From Octopus bimaculoides (taxonomy: Eukaryota), in NCBI RefSeq assembly GCF_001194135.2, contig NC_068985.1:14019256-14060884 (forward strand): DNA of 41,629 bases, read 5' to 3'. A model generated the notes under the pieces. The model was not told where the DNA came from. It was given only the letters and a program-made list of their open reading frames with translations, and did no database searches. This document shows positions 11,300 through 23,704 of this stretch, in pieces. How positions within the stretch are numbered: the stretch's first letter is position 1; each line of letters opens with the position of its first letter. The translations under genes were made by a program, and so were the position numbers.

Positions 11300-11450
11300 T
11301 TTTATTCTTTTCAGTCATTTGACTGCAGCCATGCTGGAGCACCGCCTTTAGTCGAACAAATTGACCCGAGGACTTATTCTTTGTACTTATTGTATCGGTC
11401 ACTTTTGCCGAACTGCTAAGTTACAGGGATGTAAACACACCAGCATCTGC
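11300..11450 (-). mobile_element. Family A SINE tail
   Basis: CAGTCATTTGACTGCAGCCATGCTGGAGCACCGCC..GTAAACACACCAGCATC. Confidence 0.9.
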
Positions 11451-11459
11451 TTGCGAAGA

Positions 11460-11945
11460 CCTGTTGGGGCAAGTGAGATCGAAACTGAACCAAATTCGAT
11501 GACTGGCGCCCGTGCCAGTGGAGCGCTAACAGCACCATCCGAGCGGGATCACTGCCAGAGCAGTGGTCTCACTTCCATGCCAGTGGCATGTAAAATGCAC
11601 CATTTCAACGTGATCGTTTCCAGCTTCGCCTTACTGGCACTTGTGCCAGTGGCATGTGAACAAAACATTGGACTGATTCCTGTGCAGGTGGCACGTAAAA
11701 AACACCATTTGAGCGTGGCAGTTGCCAGTACTGATGGACTGGACCTCGTGCCGGTGACACGTAAAAGCACCCACTACACTCTCAGAGTGGTTGGCATTAG
11801 GAAGGGCATCCAGCTGTAGAAACTTTGCCAGATCAGACTGGAGTCTGGTGTAGCCATCTGGTTTCACCAGTCCCGAGCCAAATCGTCCAACCCATGCTAG
11901 CATGGAAAGCGGACATTAAATGATGATGATGATGATGATGATGAT
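11460..11945 (+). mobile_element. Family C SINE, long copy with four internal TGCC(A/G)GTGGCA(T/C)GTAAAA subrepeats
   Basis: Subrepeats near 11578, 11644, 11683 and 11749; GGTTGGCATTAGGAAGGGCATCCAGCTGTAGAAAC core; (GAT)n tail. Confidence 0.85.
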
Positions 11946-12419
11946 ATATATTAGCATGGAAAGCAGATGTTAAACGACAATATATATATATCAGGGCCAT
12001 GTATTCTGGGTATGTTAGGTGCGTGCTGCACACCCAGTGAAAATGGCAAATTCATTATAAATATTAATCCTAATTGTTAATTTAATCACAAATCATCATC
12101 ATCATTGTTTAACGTCCACTGGCAAGCCAGAAGGCTGTACCAGGCTCCAAAATCTTAATGGAAAACTTTTGCTATACCCCTGTTTGAAATTCAGTGGCAT
12201 TGGGTGTGACAACATACCCAATACAACAACCACCATACGCTACTGTACTGGTGATATCATCAAATTTTGAATTTATCCACAGATGATATGAACAGTAGTG
12301 ACATCTAACTTCAAATCTCAGGACGAATATCCGTCAAATGTAGATAATGTAAATAATGTAAATAATTCCTCATCTCTTAAATATAGAACTATATATATAT
12401 ATATATATATATACATATA

Positions 12420-12510
12420 TATATGTAACGTTTTTTTATGTCCTGTACCCATATTTGCATGTATAAATACATATAGATGTAGGTATGTACATATATGTAT
12501 GGATATATGC
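12420..12510 (+). repeat. Family D dispersed repeat fragment
   Basis: GTCCTGTACCC..TAGATGTAGGTATGTACATATATGTATG also at ~32874 and ~36479, partial at ~30005. Confidence 0.75.
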
Positions 12511-12721
12511 CTATATTTATACATTATTTATATAGCAATAAGAAAATACTATATAAATTTAGGGTAAAAACCCCCCTTTTACCCACACCCATTTATTGCA
12601 CTTGGTATAACACTAGTGTAACAATAATTGGGTACCCTCCCAGCAGTATATTGGATAGATATTATCCCTTAGTGGGTTGGATCCTCAACCCCTAACTCTC
12701 TTGGAGTACATTATTTATATC

Positions 12722-12794
<73 letters not shown>

Positions 12795-12799
<5 letters not shown>

Positions 12800-13047
12800 G
12801 TTTCTCAACAATTTTTTGTTTCGGGACCCCTTTCACTCCCGTTTTACTCAGATGGACCCCCACAGCCATTTGATGTTTAAAAACAAATTATTATATTTTA
12901 ATAATTAAATATTATTAGGGGATCTTATGAAAAATATGTTAAATATATTTTGTGTGTTGTAAAAGTATAACCGATATATTGTGCATAAATTTTAACAACA
13001 AAATCTTATATGGACCCCCACCCCCACCATCTCCGGTTGAGAACCAC
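12795..13047. mobile_element. hAT/Charlie-like MITE
   Basis: Ends CAGAGGTTTCTCAAC ... GGTTGAGAACCAC; internal GGACCCC motifs. Confidence 0.55.
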
Positions 13048-13440
13048 ACACACACACATACACACACACACGCATAGAGACATAAATTTTTGTTTTGTGG
13101 GGAGTGGGAGGTTCCTTTCATGGAATCCACTCTGTTACAAGCGCTGGAATGCAATGGGAGTAGGTCTCTGGTGTAAGACTAAGTTTGTCTCTTCCTTAAC
13201 CCAGTTTTTGGGAATTCCTGTGAAATTGGCACTGCGCCCCCACCTCCTCTGACAAAAAGAAAAACCAAAACCAAAAGCATTAAAGAATTATCTGAAGAAT
13301 TGTCACCCCAAACATTAGGAAGAAGAGTCTCAATTCTTTAAGTGGGATACCCTAGAATAATGTATCTTTAAGGGGCAATGCAGAGGGTAATAATCTTTCA
13401 AGTGGGGACAGAGTGAGGTCAGAACAGTGACAAATTTCAC

Positions 13441-14340
13441 TGAAAGATTGTCACCACCATTACAACAACAGCATTGTCAATATTAAAACACCATTGCCAC
13501 TACTACAACACTGCTGTCAATAACACAACAGCACTGGCAATACTACAAACACTGCAGTCACTACCGGAATACCACTGTCACCACTACAACACTGCCGTCA
13601 GAACTATGATATCACTGCCATTACTATAACACCACTGTCAATACATCAACACCACCACAACTACTACAACACTGCTGTCATTAGTACAACACTGTTGTCA
13701 TTACTATAATACTACTGTCAATACTACAACACTACCATAACTACTACAACACTGCTGTCATTACTACCACACTGCTGTTGTTACTATAATACTACTGTCA
13801 ATATTACAACACCGTCACTACTGCAACACTGCCATCACGACTATGATATCACTGCCACTACTATAACACCACTGTCAATACATCAACACCACCACAACTA
13901 CTACAACACTGCAGTCATTACTATAATACTACTGTCAATACTACAACAACATCGTCACTACTATAAACCACCATCATGAATACAATACCACTTTCACTAC
14001 TACAACACTACCGTCAGAACTATGATATCACTGCCATTACTATAACACCATTGTCAATACTACAAAACTACCATAACTACTACAACACTGCTGTCATTAC
14101 TACCACACTGCTGTCATTACTATAATACTACTGTCAATATTACAACACTGTCACTACTGCAACACTGCCATCACGACTATGATATCACTGCCACTACTAT
14201 AACACCACCATAACTACTACAACACTGCAGTCATTACTATAATACTACTGTCAAAACTACAACATCATCACTACTTTAAATCACCATTTTGAATACAACA
14301 CCACTGTCAATACTACAACACTGCCGTCAATATATTACCA
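13441..14340 (+). repeat. Degenerate ACT/ACA-rich minisatellite with higher-order structure
   Basis: Recurrent ACTACAACACTGCTGTCA; landmark CTATGATATCACTGCCA at 13604, 13841, 14020 and 14177. Confidence 0.9.
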
Positions 14341-14838
14341 TTATCATGTCCACAACATCTCTGTCATTTCTATAAAGCAGACATATAACATTTTTACAAT
14401 ATCTTCTAAATGATTATTGCAGTATCAGTTAATTTTAGAATGCTCTGTATATGGTTCTTTTATTTTTTTGATTTTTCCTTTGAACTTTCACAATAAAGAT
14501 GATGCACAGCATTAAGGAACAGCTTTATGATATTTTAATCACACAAATTATAATCTCGGTTGGCTGAGGGAACAGGCCGAAGTCAAAATTCTTTAGGTGG
14601 AAGACATGCTAGCATGACAATTCTTCAGATGTAACACACACAAACACACACACACTCTCTCTCTCTTGCAGAGGAGAACTTGCAGTTTAATTCAGTTAGA
14701 ATCCAGCAACCCAATGCCTTTCTTAATATAGTAGATACTATTTAATTAACAAGACTTCTTTCATAAATATAGCCTTGCACAAAGACAAATAATATTACAT
14801 AATATTTTATTTATTTTATTTTATTCAATTTTTCTTAC

Positions 14839-14871
14839 TCCGCAAGACACATGGTACTGACATTGATGTTC
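14839..14871 (-). other. Candidate 33-nt internal exon
   Basis: Acceptor TTTGATCTTCTAAATTCAG and donor GTAAGA; no recognisable homology. Confidence 0.2.
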
Positions 14872-15290
14872 CTGAATTTAGAAGATCAAAGTTTTCCTAG
14901 CTAGCGCACTGAAGATCTGTATTGCCCCAAACCAATCATCCAGTTTCCTTCTCTGTTGAGAGAAAAATTCATTAGATTTCTATAGTTTTCAGTTACAGAC
15001 ATCCTCTGCAACAATCTTTTATGGTGAATAAGCCAATAACACATCAATCGACTAACTCTTGTAACTCCATGTATGTCAGCAATCAAATTTTCTGCTCAGC
15101 TGAACAATACCAATTTACATTTTCTTGGTTTATTATTTTTCTGTGTTTCTTTTTTAAATATTTTTTTGATAAATTATTTTAAAATTTTACTTGTTATTTT
15201 TTTATTTTATAAACTCGTGTTAGATATTGTCAAACAAGTCAATAATATTTGTGTATGTGTGAGAAGGTGGCAAGCAAGCAGAATCGTTAG

Positions 15291-15450
15291 TGTAGGTGTG
15301 GCTGTGTAGTAAGAAACTTGCTTCCCAACCACATGGTTCCAGGTTCAGTCCCACTGTGTGGCACCTTGGGCAAGTGTCTTCTATTATAGCCTCGGGTTGA
15401 CCAAAGCCTTGTGAGTGGATTTGGTAGACAGAAACTGAAAGAAGCCAATT
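15291..15450 (+). mobile_element. Family A SINE head and CORE, preceded by a ~25-bp family E head stub
   Basis: GTGGCTGTGTAGTAAG..GGCACCTTGGGCAAGTGTCTT; GGTGGCAAGCAAGCAGAATCGTTAG lies immediately upstream. Confidence 0.85.
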
Positions 15451-15469
15451 GTATATATATATATATATT

Positions 15470-15670
15470 CTTTTATTTGTTTGTCATTCGACTGCAGCCA
15501 TGCTGGAGCACTGCTTTTAGTCAAACAAATTGCACCCAGAACTTATTCTTTGTAAGCCTAGTAGTTATTCTATTGGTCTCTTTTTGCCAAACCACTAAGT
15601 TATAGGGGACGTAAACACACCAACATCAGTTTTCAAGTGATGGTGGGGGAACAAACACTGACACACAAAT
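15470..15670 (-). mobile_element. Family A SINE tail, inverted relative to the adjacent head
   Basis: GACTGCAGCCATGCTGGAGCACTGC..GGGGACGTAAACACACC. Confidence 0.85.
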
Positions 15671-15746
15671 ATATACATACATATAGATATATATATATGT
15701 ATATGTATGTGTATATACATATATATATACATATGTACATATGTAT

Positions 15747-16046
15747 NNNNNNNNNNNNNNNNNNNNNNNNNNNNNNNNNNNNNNNNNNNNNNNNNNNNNN
15801 NNNNNNNNNNNNNNNNNNNNNNNNNNNNNNNNNNNNNNNNNNNNNNNNNNNNNNNNNNNNNNNNNNNNNNNNNNNNNNNNNNNNNNNNNNNNNNNNNNNN
15901 NNNNNNNNNNNNNNNNNNNNNNNNNNNNNNNNNNNNNNNNNNNNNNNNNNNNNNNNNNNNNNNNNNNNNNNNNNNNNNNNNNNNNNNNNNNNNNNNNNNN
16001 NNNNNNNNNNNNNNNNNNNNNNNNNNNNNNNNNNNNNNNNNNNNNN
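15747..16046. other. Assembly gap
   Basis: Run of N. Confidence 1.
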
Positions 16047-16254
16047 TTTGTTAAAAGTATTCTTTTCAACTGTCTACAAACACAGCCAGGCTGAAATAAT
16101 TAATGCATTCTTCCAGGAGTGAATAAAAAATTCTCAAACTTGAGGGGATGGGCCCCCATATATAGATTCTAATGGTGCAGGGGCCCACTTGGCATTGGGC
16201 AAGCTAGCAACCCAGCCAGTCTGCCACTGTATATATATATATATATAGGAGGAT

Positions 16255-16550
16255 AGTCGACTCCAGTGTGTAACTGGTACTTAGTTTATCGACCCCAAAA
16301 GGATAAAAGACAAAGTCGACCACGGTGGAATTTGAACTCAGAACATAGCAGCAGACGAAATACTGCCAAGCATTCTGTTGGGCGTGCTGCAATGATTCTG
16401 CCAGCTCACTGCCTTTGCTCGGGGTTAAATAATAATAACTCTTTAACTAAAGACACGAAGGATGAAAAACAAGGCCAACCCTGGTGGAATTTGAACCCAG
16501 AACATAAAGAGCAGGAAGAAATACCACCAGGCATTTTGTCTGACATGCCT
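16255..16550 (-). mobile_element. Two family E fragments
   Basis: GGATAAAAGACAAAGTCGACC..GGAATTTGAACTCAGAAC and GGATGAAAAACAAGGCCAACC..GGAATTTGAACCCAGAAC. Confidence 0.75.
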
Positions 16551-16645
16551 ACAACAACGACACAAAAATATACAGGGTTGGCCAAGGTTCACCTGACAGT
16601 AAATCAAAACCATTTAATTCCAAGATTTATTTGTTTAATAAGTGA

Positions 16646-16805
16646 ATCATTATCATCGTTTAACGTCCGCTTTCCATGCTAGCATGGGTTGGACGATTTG
16701 ACTGAGGACTGGTGAACCAGATGGCTACACCAGGCTCCAATCTGATTTGGCAGAGTTTCTACAGCAGGATGCCCTTCCTAACGCCAACCACTCTGAGAGT
16801 GTAGT
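16646..16805 (-). mobile_element. Family C SINE 3' part
   Basis: ATCATCGTTTAACGTCCGCTTTCCATGCTAGCATGGGTTGG..GATGCCCTTCCTAACGCCAACC. Confidence 0.9.
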
Positions 16806-17689
16806 ATGTAGTATGAATGAATTTAATAAAAGCATCTAAATATGAAACATCATGAAAATTGTTCAAAGTGAAGTCTTTTTTTGAGCGACACATATTTGCT
16901 TTCTAGTCAATACAAAATTACAGATAGTATTTATGGAATTTTGATTTACTGTCGGCTAGCTTTTGGCTAACTCTGTACAAAAAACAAAAAGGTTTTATAG
17001 GTGTGAGAAAAATAATAATTTGTTTCCTTTATTTTCAGAACTAAATAGTACTTGAATCCTCATCAAATAATTTCTTTAAATAAAACTTTTGAATAGGATT
17101 TTATTCAGACAATATCAGAGATGAATAATTTCTATGAATGAAAAGATTCACTGCGAACATATATACATTACAAGACACAATGAGCTACTTGTTCTGCCAG
17201 CTATTATTAGTAGGCCTGGTCATGTTATTATTCTCAAATGCACCCACAACAACTATATCAAGTTTAACTACCTCCTCCACATTTTGTTCTATTCAAAATG
17301 TCAATTGAAACACTACTAAATATCTCGCATTTCTAATTTTGTCAATGCTAAGAGTGGCAACTTTGCTCTAACAGGTGTTAATAACATTAAAGCTAACATC
17401 TTCATGAAAAATCAAAGCCAGCCTTTGTGACATGACTCATGTCTCCAAGGCATTCACGCCGTTTTTCATTTTTCTATAGCTTTATCTGCTCCAAGATTCA
17501 CCATTCCAAAAAAGAATTATTTCATGTTCTCTTGAGGTTTCTAAATTCTTATGACATCAATGACATCATAATGGTATTTAGTCTCAATATGTTGCATTTT
17601 GAGTTCAAATCCAATGATAGTTGACTTTTTCTTTCAAATTTCTTTCAAACTGTATTTATTCATGTATAAGCCAAGCGATTTCATTACTC

Positions 17690-17909
17690 TTTTACTCTTT
17701 TACTTGTTTCAGTCATTTGACTGTGGCCATGCTGGAGCACTGCCTTTATAGTTGAGCAAATCGACCCCAGGACTTATTGTTTGTAAGCCTAGCACTTATT
17801 CTATCGGTCTATTTTGCCAAACCGCTAAGTTACAGGGACGTAAACACACCACCATCAGTTGTCAAGCGATGCTGGGGGGACAAACACAGACACACAAACA
17901 TAAACACAC

Positions 17910-17973
<64 letters not shown>

Positions 17974-18140
17974 GATGGGCATCTTTCAGTTTCTGTCTAT
18001 GAAATCCATTTACAAAGCTCTTGTTCAGCCTGGATCTATAGCAGAAGAGATTTGTACCCAAGGTGCCAAGCACTGGGATTGAACCCAGTACTAAGTGGTT
18101 GGGAAGCAAACTTCTTACTACCAAGGCAAACCTGTGCCTA
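17690..18140 (-). mobile_element. Family A SINE, full length
   Basis: Same tail-microsatellite-CORE-head order as 9955-10359. Confidence 0.9.
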
Positions 18141-19089
18141 TACACACACACATATATGTATGTATGTATGTGTCCATATATAATACAGACACACACACAC
18201 ACACATGTTTATACATACATATGTAAGCATAGATATATACATGTGTGCGTGTTTTTATAATAATTATAATAACCTTATATACATACATGCTCACACACAC
18301 ACACACACACCAGTTTATACACTTGTTTATTCTTCCATCCAATAATAGATATTTATTATGACTTTTAGTGTTCTAATTTCTGCATTTTTATTACAGGTTA
18401 ATATATACATAAAAAAAAACAAAAAAAATTGATAAGATCAATCTCGTCAGCTGATCCGACTGGCCAATCAGAAAAAAGCCTCTAACTTTACATCAGAAGT
18501 TGGTTTCCATTGTCTGTGAATGTATCACTTGTGACTTCTAATCTGGTTGATGTATTATCAAGTATTACATAATGGGAAGGCAACAGCCAATAAAATATAC
18601 TGTAAATATATTGTAAAATTTTCTTTCTCCCATTATCCACCTTTAATATTCAAATGAGTTGTTCTATATATAAAGAGGACAATGGATCCTATCTGCTTTT
18701 TTTAAAAAAAAACAACAAAATGACTACTGGTGAAGTATATGATATACTAATAATTCAAAATAATTATAATGATATAATCATTCAAATGTCATGCTTGAAG
18801 GTGGGTTTATTACATATAAAAACGTACATATATATACACATACACACAAACACAGACGTATATATAATATGTATGAATGCAAATGAAATATTTCTGAAAC
18901 AGGAATAACTAGCAGGGATTTTTTTTTATTCATATAAGTCTATTCTATTTTAACAAAACAGAAGTTATGCCAGTCTTTCCTACTCTTTTTATAAGTACAA
19001 CTCAAATCTAATGTGTCAGCATACCCATACCTGTATTTATATGTGGATGAGTATCTGTGTATGCAAATATATATGCACACACACACCAT

Positions 19090-19091
<2 letters not shown>

Positions 19092-19178
<87 letters not shown>
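19092..19178 (+). repeat. (CA)n microsatellite
   Basis: Direct observation. Confidence 1.
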
Positions 19179-19179
<1 letters not shown>

Positions 19180-19286
19180 TATCAAAAGGAGTACAGTAAA
19201 GTACATCATGCAACCAAAAATCATGGTCGTTAGTGGGTTCCCCATTCCACTCCAGATATCCAGTGTAATATGATGTGGGCATTAAG

Positions 19287-19356
19287 CAGCGTTTCTCAGC
19301 CGGGGTTCCCTGGAACCCTAGGGTTCTGTAAAAGGTTCCTAGGGGTTCCACGAGAA
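19287..19356 (+). mobile_element. Truncated hAT-like MITE end
   Basis: CAGCGTTTCTCAGCCGGGGTTCCCTGGAACCC resembles the ends at 12795 and 30893. Confidence 0.45.
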
Positions 19357-19449
19357 AGAGTGAGATAAGCTAGTGCTAATTTCATGATTGTAGTATTACT
19401 ATACATGTACAACATATTATTGTAATATTGTAACATAGACATCATCCTG

Positions 19450-19695
19450 GTGGATGCTGAACAGCTAAGTTATGGGGCCTAAACACACCAGTACCAGTAA
19501 TTAAGCAGTGAAGTGGGACAACCACAAACACACAAACACATCACTGGCTTCTTTCAGTTTCCATCTACCAAATTCACTCAAAAGTTTGGTTGGCCTGAGG
19601 CTATAGTGGAAGACACATACCCAAGGTTCCATGCAGTGGGACTGAACCCAGAACCATGAAGTTGGGAGGCAAACTTGTTACCACACAGCCATGCC
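19450..19695 (-). mobile_element. Family A SINE, CpG-decayed
   Basis: Aligns to other family A copies; nearly every consensus CpG is mutated. Confidence 0.85.
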
Positions 19696-19709
19696 TACAC
19701 CATACTAAA

Positions 19710-19990
19710 ATCATCATCATCATCATCATTGTTTAACATTCGCTTTCCATGCTAGCATGGGTTGGATGATTTGACTGAGGACTGGTGAAACCAGATGGCT
19801 ACACCAGGCTCCAATCTGATTTGGCAGTGTTTCTACAGCTGGATGCCCTTCCTAACACCAACCACTCTGAGAGTGTAGTGGGTGCCACTGGCACGAAGGC
19901 CAGTCAGCAATGGCCACGCTTGAAATGGTGTATTTTACGTGCCACCTGCACAGGAGCCAGTCCAGCCGCACTGGCAACGATCTCGCTTGA
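19710..19990 (-). mobile_element. Family C SINE
   Basis: (ATC)n then TTTAACATTCGCTTTCCATGCTAGCATGGGTTGG..GTGTAGTGGGTGCC. Confidence 0.9.
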
Positions 19991-20301
19991 ATGTCTTTAC
20001 ACGTATAAACAAAATATTCTGCACTCAAATCCTGCTCCTTTGATATAAGACCAGCTTGGTTTCTGCTTCAAGCCTTTGTTGTTGTTAGACAAGAACTGGT
20101 CAAGTGGATGGATAGGGTATTAGGACATATTGCTACATTGATGAATCTGAATCACTGAGATTACGAAGTTTCCTCTTTAGATGCAGCATGAAAACACTTC
20201 AACACCAATCAGTATATGACCCTCTCCAAAGCTCAAGTGTGACACATATATTAGAGTGCAGCTCTCACATATCAGAGATGAAACTATACACACACACACA
20301 C

Positions 20302-20352
<51 letters not shown>

Positions 20353-20354
20353 GA

Positions 20355-20364
20355 NNNNNNNNNN
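20355..20364. other. 10-N gap inside a (GATA)n tract
   Basis: Run of N. Confidence 1.
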
Positions 20365-20394
<30 letters not shown>

Positions 20395-20410
<16 letters not shown>

Positions 20411-20621
20411 GGCATGAGAGAGATGGGCTGACAGATTAATATTGACACATACATGCATACACAGAATACAATACTACAAACAGACACACATGCATATATA
20501 TATATACATGCATACACTCTCACACACAAACATGTGTGTATGTGTGTGCATATATATATATTTATATGTATATATGGATAGATAGATAGATAGATATTCA
20601 GCCAACCAGACAGATAGATAT

Positions 20622-20671
<50 letters not shown>

Positions 20672-20801
20672 CATGAGAGAGATGGGCTGACAGATTAATA
20701 TTGACACATACATGCATACACAGAATACAATACTACAAACACACACACGAACTTATATATACATACATATACTCTCACACAAACATGTGTGCGTGTGTGT
20801 G

Positions 20802-20842
<41 letters not shown>

Positions 20843-20908
20843 GTATACATGGATAGATAGATAGATAGATAGATAGATATCCAGCTAACCAGACAGATAG
20901 ATATGCAC
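20395..20908 (+). repeat. Tandem duplication (~260-bp unit) of a compound microsatellite block
   Basis: GAGGGCATGAGAGAGATGGGCTGACAGATTAATATTGACACATACATGCATACACAGAATACAATACTACAAAC occurs twice; CAG(C/T)..AACCAGACAGATAGATATGCAC occurs twice. Confidence 0.9.
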
Positions 20909-20931
20909 ATAAACACAAACACACATACCAA

Positions 20932-20978
<47 letters not shown>

Positions 20979-20992
20979 CATATAAATATATG

Positions 20993-21175
20993 GCATGTAA
21001 AAAGCACCCACTACACTCTTGGAGTGGTTGGCGCTAGGAAGGGTATCCAGCTGTAGAAACTCTGCCAGATCAGATTGGAGCCTGGTGCAGTCTTCTGGCT
21101 TGCCAGTCGGCTGTCAAACTGTCCAACCCATGCCAGCATGGAAAGCGGACGTTAAACGATGATGATGATGATGAT
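20993..21175 (+). mobile_element. Family C SINE 3' part
   Basis: GGCATGTAAAAAGCACCCACTACACTC..(GAT)n. Confidence 0.9.
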
Positions 21176-21217
21176 ATATAAATATATATATATATATATA
21201 CACCAATGAAAACATAC

Positions 21218-21312
21218 CTCTACATACACAAACTCTCATAGATACATAAATTCCAATGTTTTCAGGAAAGGGAGAATTCCACATTATACTTGCAGAATTC
21301 ATTTACTAGATC
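21218..21312 (-). other. Candidate exon (95 nt), or 3' end of a longer 5'UTR exon
   Basis: Acceptor GAATTCTTCTGCAG and donor AG|GTATGT; internal ATG frame MNSASIMWNSPFPENIGIYVSMRVCVCR is preceded by in-frame TAG TAA. Confidence 0.3.
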
Positions 21313-21680
21313 CTGCAGAAGAATTCTTTCTTTTCTTTTTTTCCCCCCTTTTCTTTGTTTGTTCCAATTTTTGTTGTTGTTGTCGTTGCCGATGCTGATC
21401 GTTCAAAACAAAATATTAGAATCATACAAATTCTAAAGAATTTCGTTTCACTGAAAACATTAACTGTATTAACGATCTGTTTAATAAATGTCATCCAACA
21501 GCAACAACAACATCACTAATAATAGCAGAAACAACAACAACAACAACAACAACTTCTGTTAAATAGAACTAGACTATTGTGTTCAAGCACACATCAATGC
21601 TTCATTGTTTTCTTCGTTCTTCTTCTTCTTCTTCTTCTTTTTCTTCTTTGTTTGCTGCGGCCATTGATTAGAAAACTCAC

Positions 21681-21740
21681 CACACAGACTATGAACCCAT
21701 GCACTTTAATTGATCTCGTTAATTCTATTGGTTACAGTTG
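21681..21740 (-). other. Candidate non-coding exon (60 nt)
   Basis: Acceptor TTTATTGAATTTAG and donor TG|GTGAGT; stops in all three frames. Confidence 0.25.
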
Positions 21741-22075
21741 CTAAATTCAATAAAATAAATAAACTTTTGGACAAAAATTAATTAGAACCAGATATACAAT
21801 GGAGTTATAACTTTTAATCCTGAGAAGGAACAAAAGATTAAGAAAATTAATGAAAACATGTCATAAAAATTCTTACAGTCTGGCAGGGGTTAAAATGCAG
21901 ACATTTTGTAACATAACATTGTTATTGTTTGCTTAATCTCAATGAAAATAAACAAAGGAAAATGACTTGAAGAGGCCAGTGGCATGTATCTGAATAACAA
22001 ACAAATACAAGTATGTTAAATGCCATACAACAAAAGTTCTTGACTTATTAAAATTATCTCCACCTCTGGAGGATG

Positions 22076-22461
22076 TACTCTTTTACTTGTTTCAGTCATT
22101 TGACTGCGGCCATGCTGGAGCACCACCTTTAGTCGAGCAAATCGACCCTAGGACTTATTATTTGTAAGCCTAGTACTTATTCTATCGGCCTCTTTTTCCG
22201 AACCGCTAAGTTACGGGGACATAAACACACCAGCATCAGTTGTGAAGCGATGTTGGGGGGGAAAACACAGACACATAAACATAAACATATATATACATAT
22301 ACATATATACGACAGGCTTCTTTCAGTTTCTGTCTACCAAATCCACTCACAAGGCTTTGGTCGACCCGATGCTATAGTAGAAGATACTTGCCCAAGGTGC
22401 CACGCAGTGGGACTAAAACCAGGACCATGTGGTTGGTAAGCAAGCTACTTACCACACAGTC
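22076..22461 (-). mobile_element. Family A SINE, full length
   Basis: Near-consensus tail, (AT)n, CORE and head. Confidence 0.9.
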
Positions 22462-22630
22462 ATAATTACCAAATGTCAATCAGGACCAGCTCCACTGGAG
22501 AGGTGAAATAATACTGAGATTCAAGAATTCTCCAAAACTGACATGCTATTAAGGAAAGAGACAGGTTTATTGAGTAGAGAAAAGAGGACAGTTAGGGACA
22601 CGGGATTCTGGCTCAATAGCCTTCATTGGC

Positions 22631-22808
22631 ATGACAACCAATGTTGGCGTGTTTACACCCCTATAACTTAGCAGTTCAACCAAAGAGACCAATAGAATAG
22701 GTACTACTCTTACAAAGAATAAGTCCTGGGGTCAATTTGTTCAATTAAAGGTGATGCTCCAACATGGCTACAGTCAAATGACTGAGACAAGTAAAACAAT
22801 AAAGAATA
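22631..22808 (+). mobile_element. Family A SINE tail, CpG-decayed
   Basis: GTGTTTACACCCCTATAACTTAGCAGTTC..CAGTCAAATGACTGAGACAAGTAAAA. Confidence 0.85.
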
Positions 22809-22864
22809 CATACATATATATATATACATGCACACACATATATATGCACATATGTATGTCAATA

Positions 22865-23050
22865 TGTGTCTTTGTTACTCCTTACCAACACTTGACAATG
22901 AATGACGGTTTGTTTACATCCCTATAACTTAGAGATTCAGTTTAAGGAACTTATAGAATAAAGTACCAGATGGCATAAAAGAAGAAGAAGAAGAAGAAGA
23001 AGAAGAAGAAGAAGAAGAAGAAGAAGAAGAAGAAGAAGAAGAAGAAGAAG

Positions 23051-23082
<32 letters not shown>

Positions 23083-23150
23083 CTGGGACTGATTTGTTTG
23101 ATTAAAACTGTTCAAGGTGGTGCCCCAGCATGGCCATAGTCTAATGATGA
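22865..23150 (+). mobile_element. Old family A tail interrupted by (GAA)33 at 22981-23080
   Basis: SINE tail motifs flank both sides of the GAA tract. Confidence 0.8.
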
Positions 23151-23239
23151 TAAAAAAAAAGAAGATAAAAACAGTGTTTATTCATTCAATGCTCAATTTT
23201 CCATGATGGCATGGATTAGATGGGGTGGCATTTGAGCAT

Positions 23240-23420
23240 TGGAAAAAGTGCCGTGCAACATTTTTTCCAGCCCTTTGTGTTCTGAGTTCAAACCCAATAG
23301 AGGCCAAATTTGTTCTTAATTCTTCCAGCATTAATAAACTAAGGTACCAGTCTAGTACTGGGGTTGATGATATTGACTACCCTCTCCTCTTCAAATTTGC
23401 TGGCCTTGAGCCCAAATCAG
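23240..23420 (+). mobile_element. Family E fragment
   Basis: TTCTGAGTTCAAACCC..AATAAACTAAGGTACCAG..TACTGGGGTTGAT..TGGCCTTG. Confidence 0.7.
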
Positions 23421-23666
23421 AAAACATTATTATTGTTGTTGTTTATTTGTTATTGCTTAATACTGGCAGATATTATTCTTTTTTAAGCTTTTGTAATTAC
23501 TGTTTTAGAAGTACGAACTCAAGTACCATTACAGTGTTTTTCCAGACTAGGATTACATACAAGCTATGATATGAGATATTATTATGTGGAAGCAAAGCTG
23601 TTGCCAAATCTTACAGCTCGTAACTGTGAATATTTTGCTTATTTTACAACCTACGTTATCGCTTAC

Positions 23667-23704
23667 CATAAATTTGTCACGCTGCATAGCCTGGCAGACG
23701 AGGG
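23667..23704 (-). other. Candidate 38-nt exon (..LVCQAMQRDKFM)
   Basis: Strong polypyrimidine acceptor TCATATTCCCTCTTCCCAG and donor ATG|GTAAGC. Confidence 0.35.

Noticed and set aside
11361-11819. 152-aa ORF
   Set aside because: Lies entirely within family A and family C SINE sequence
13441-14340. Mucin-like Thr-rich CDS
   Set aside because: Frequent TAA stops and frameshifts; no ORF in the track
14992-17573. Plus-strand exon pair YRHPLQQ.. / FICSKIHH..
   Set aside because: The second donor derives from a decayed SINE fragment; no homology; the phase match is expected by chance
21695-21715. IKVHGF match to the eIF1/SUI1 C-terminus (minus strand)
   Set aside because: Only six residues; not followed by a stop; the upstream frame is closed
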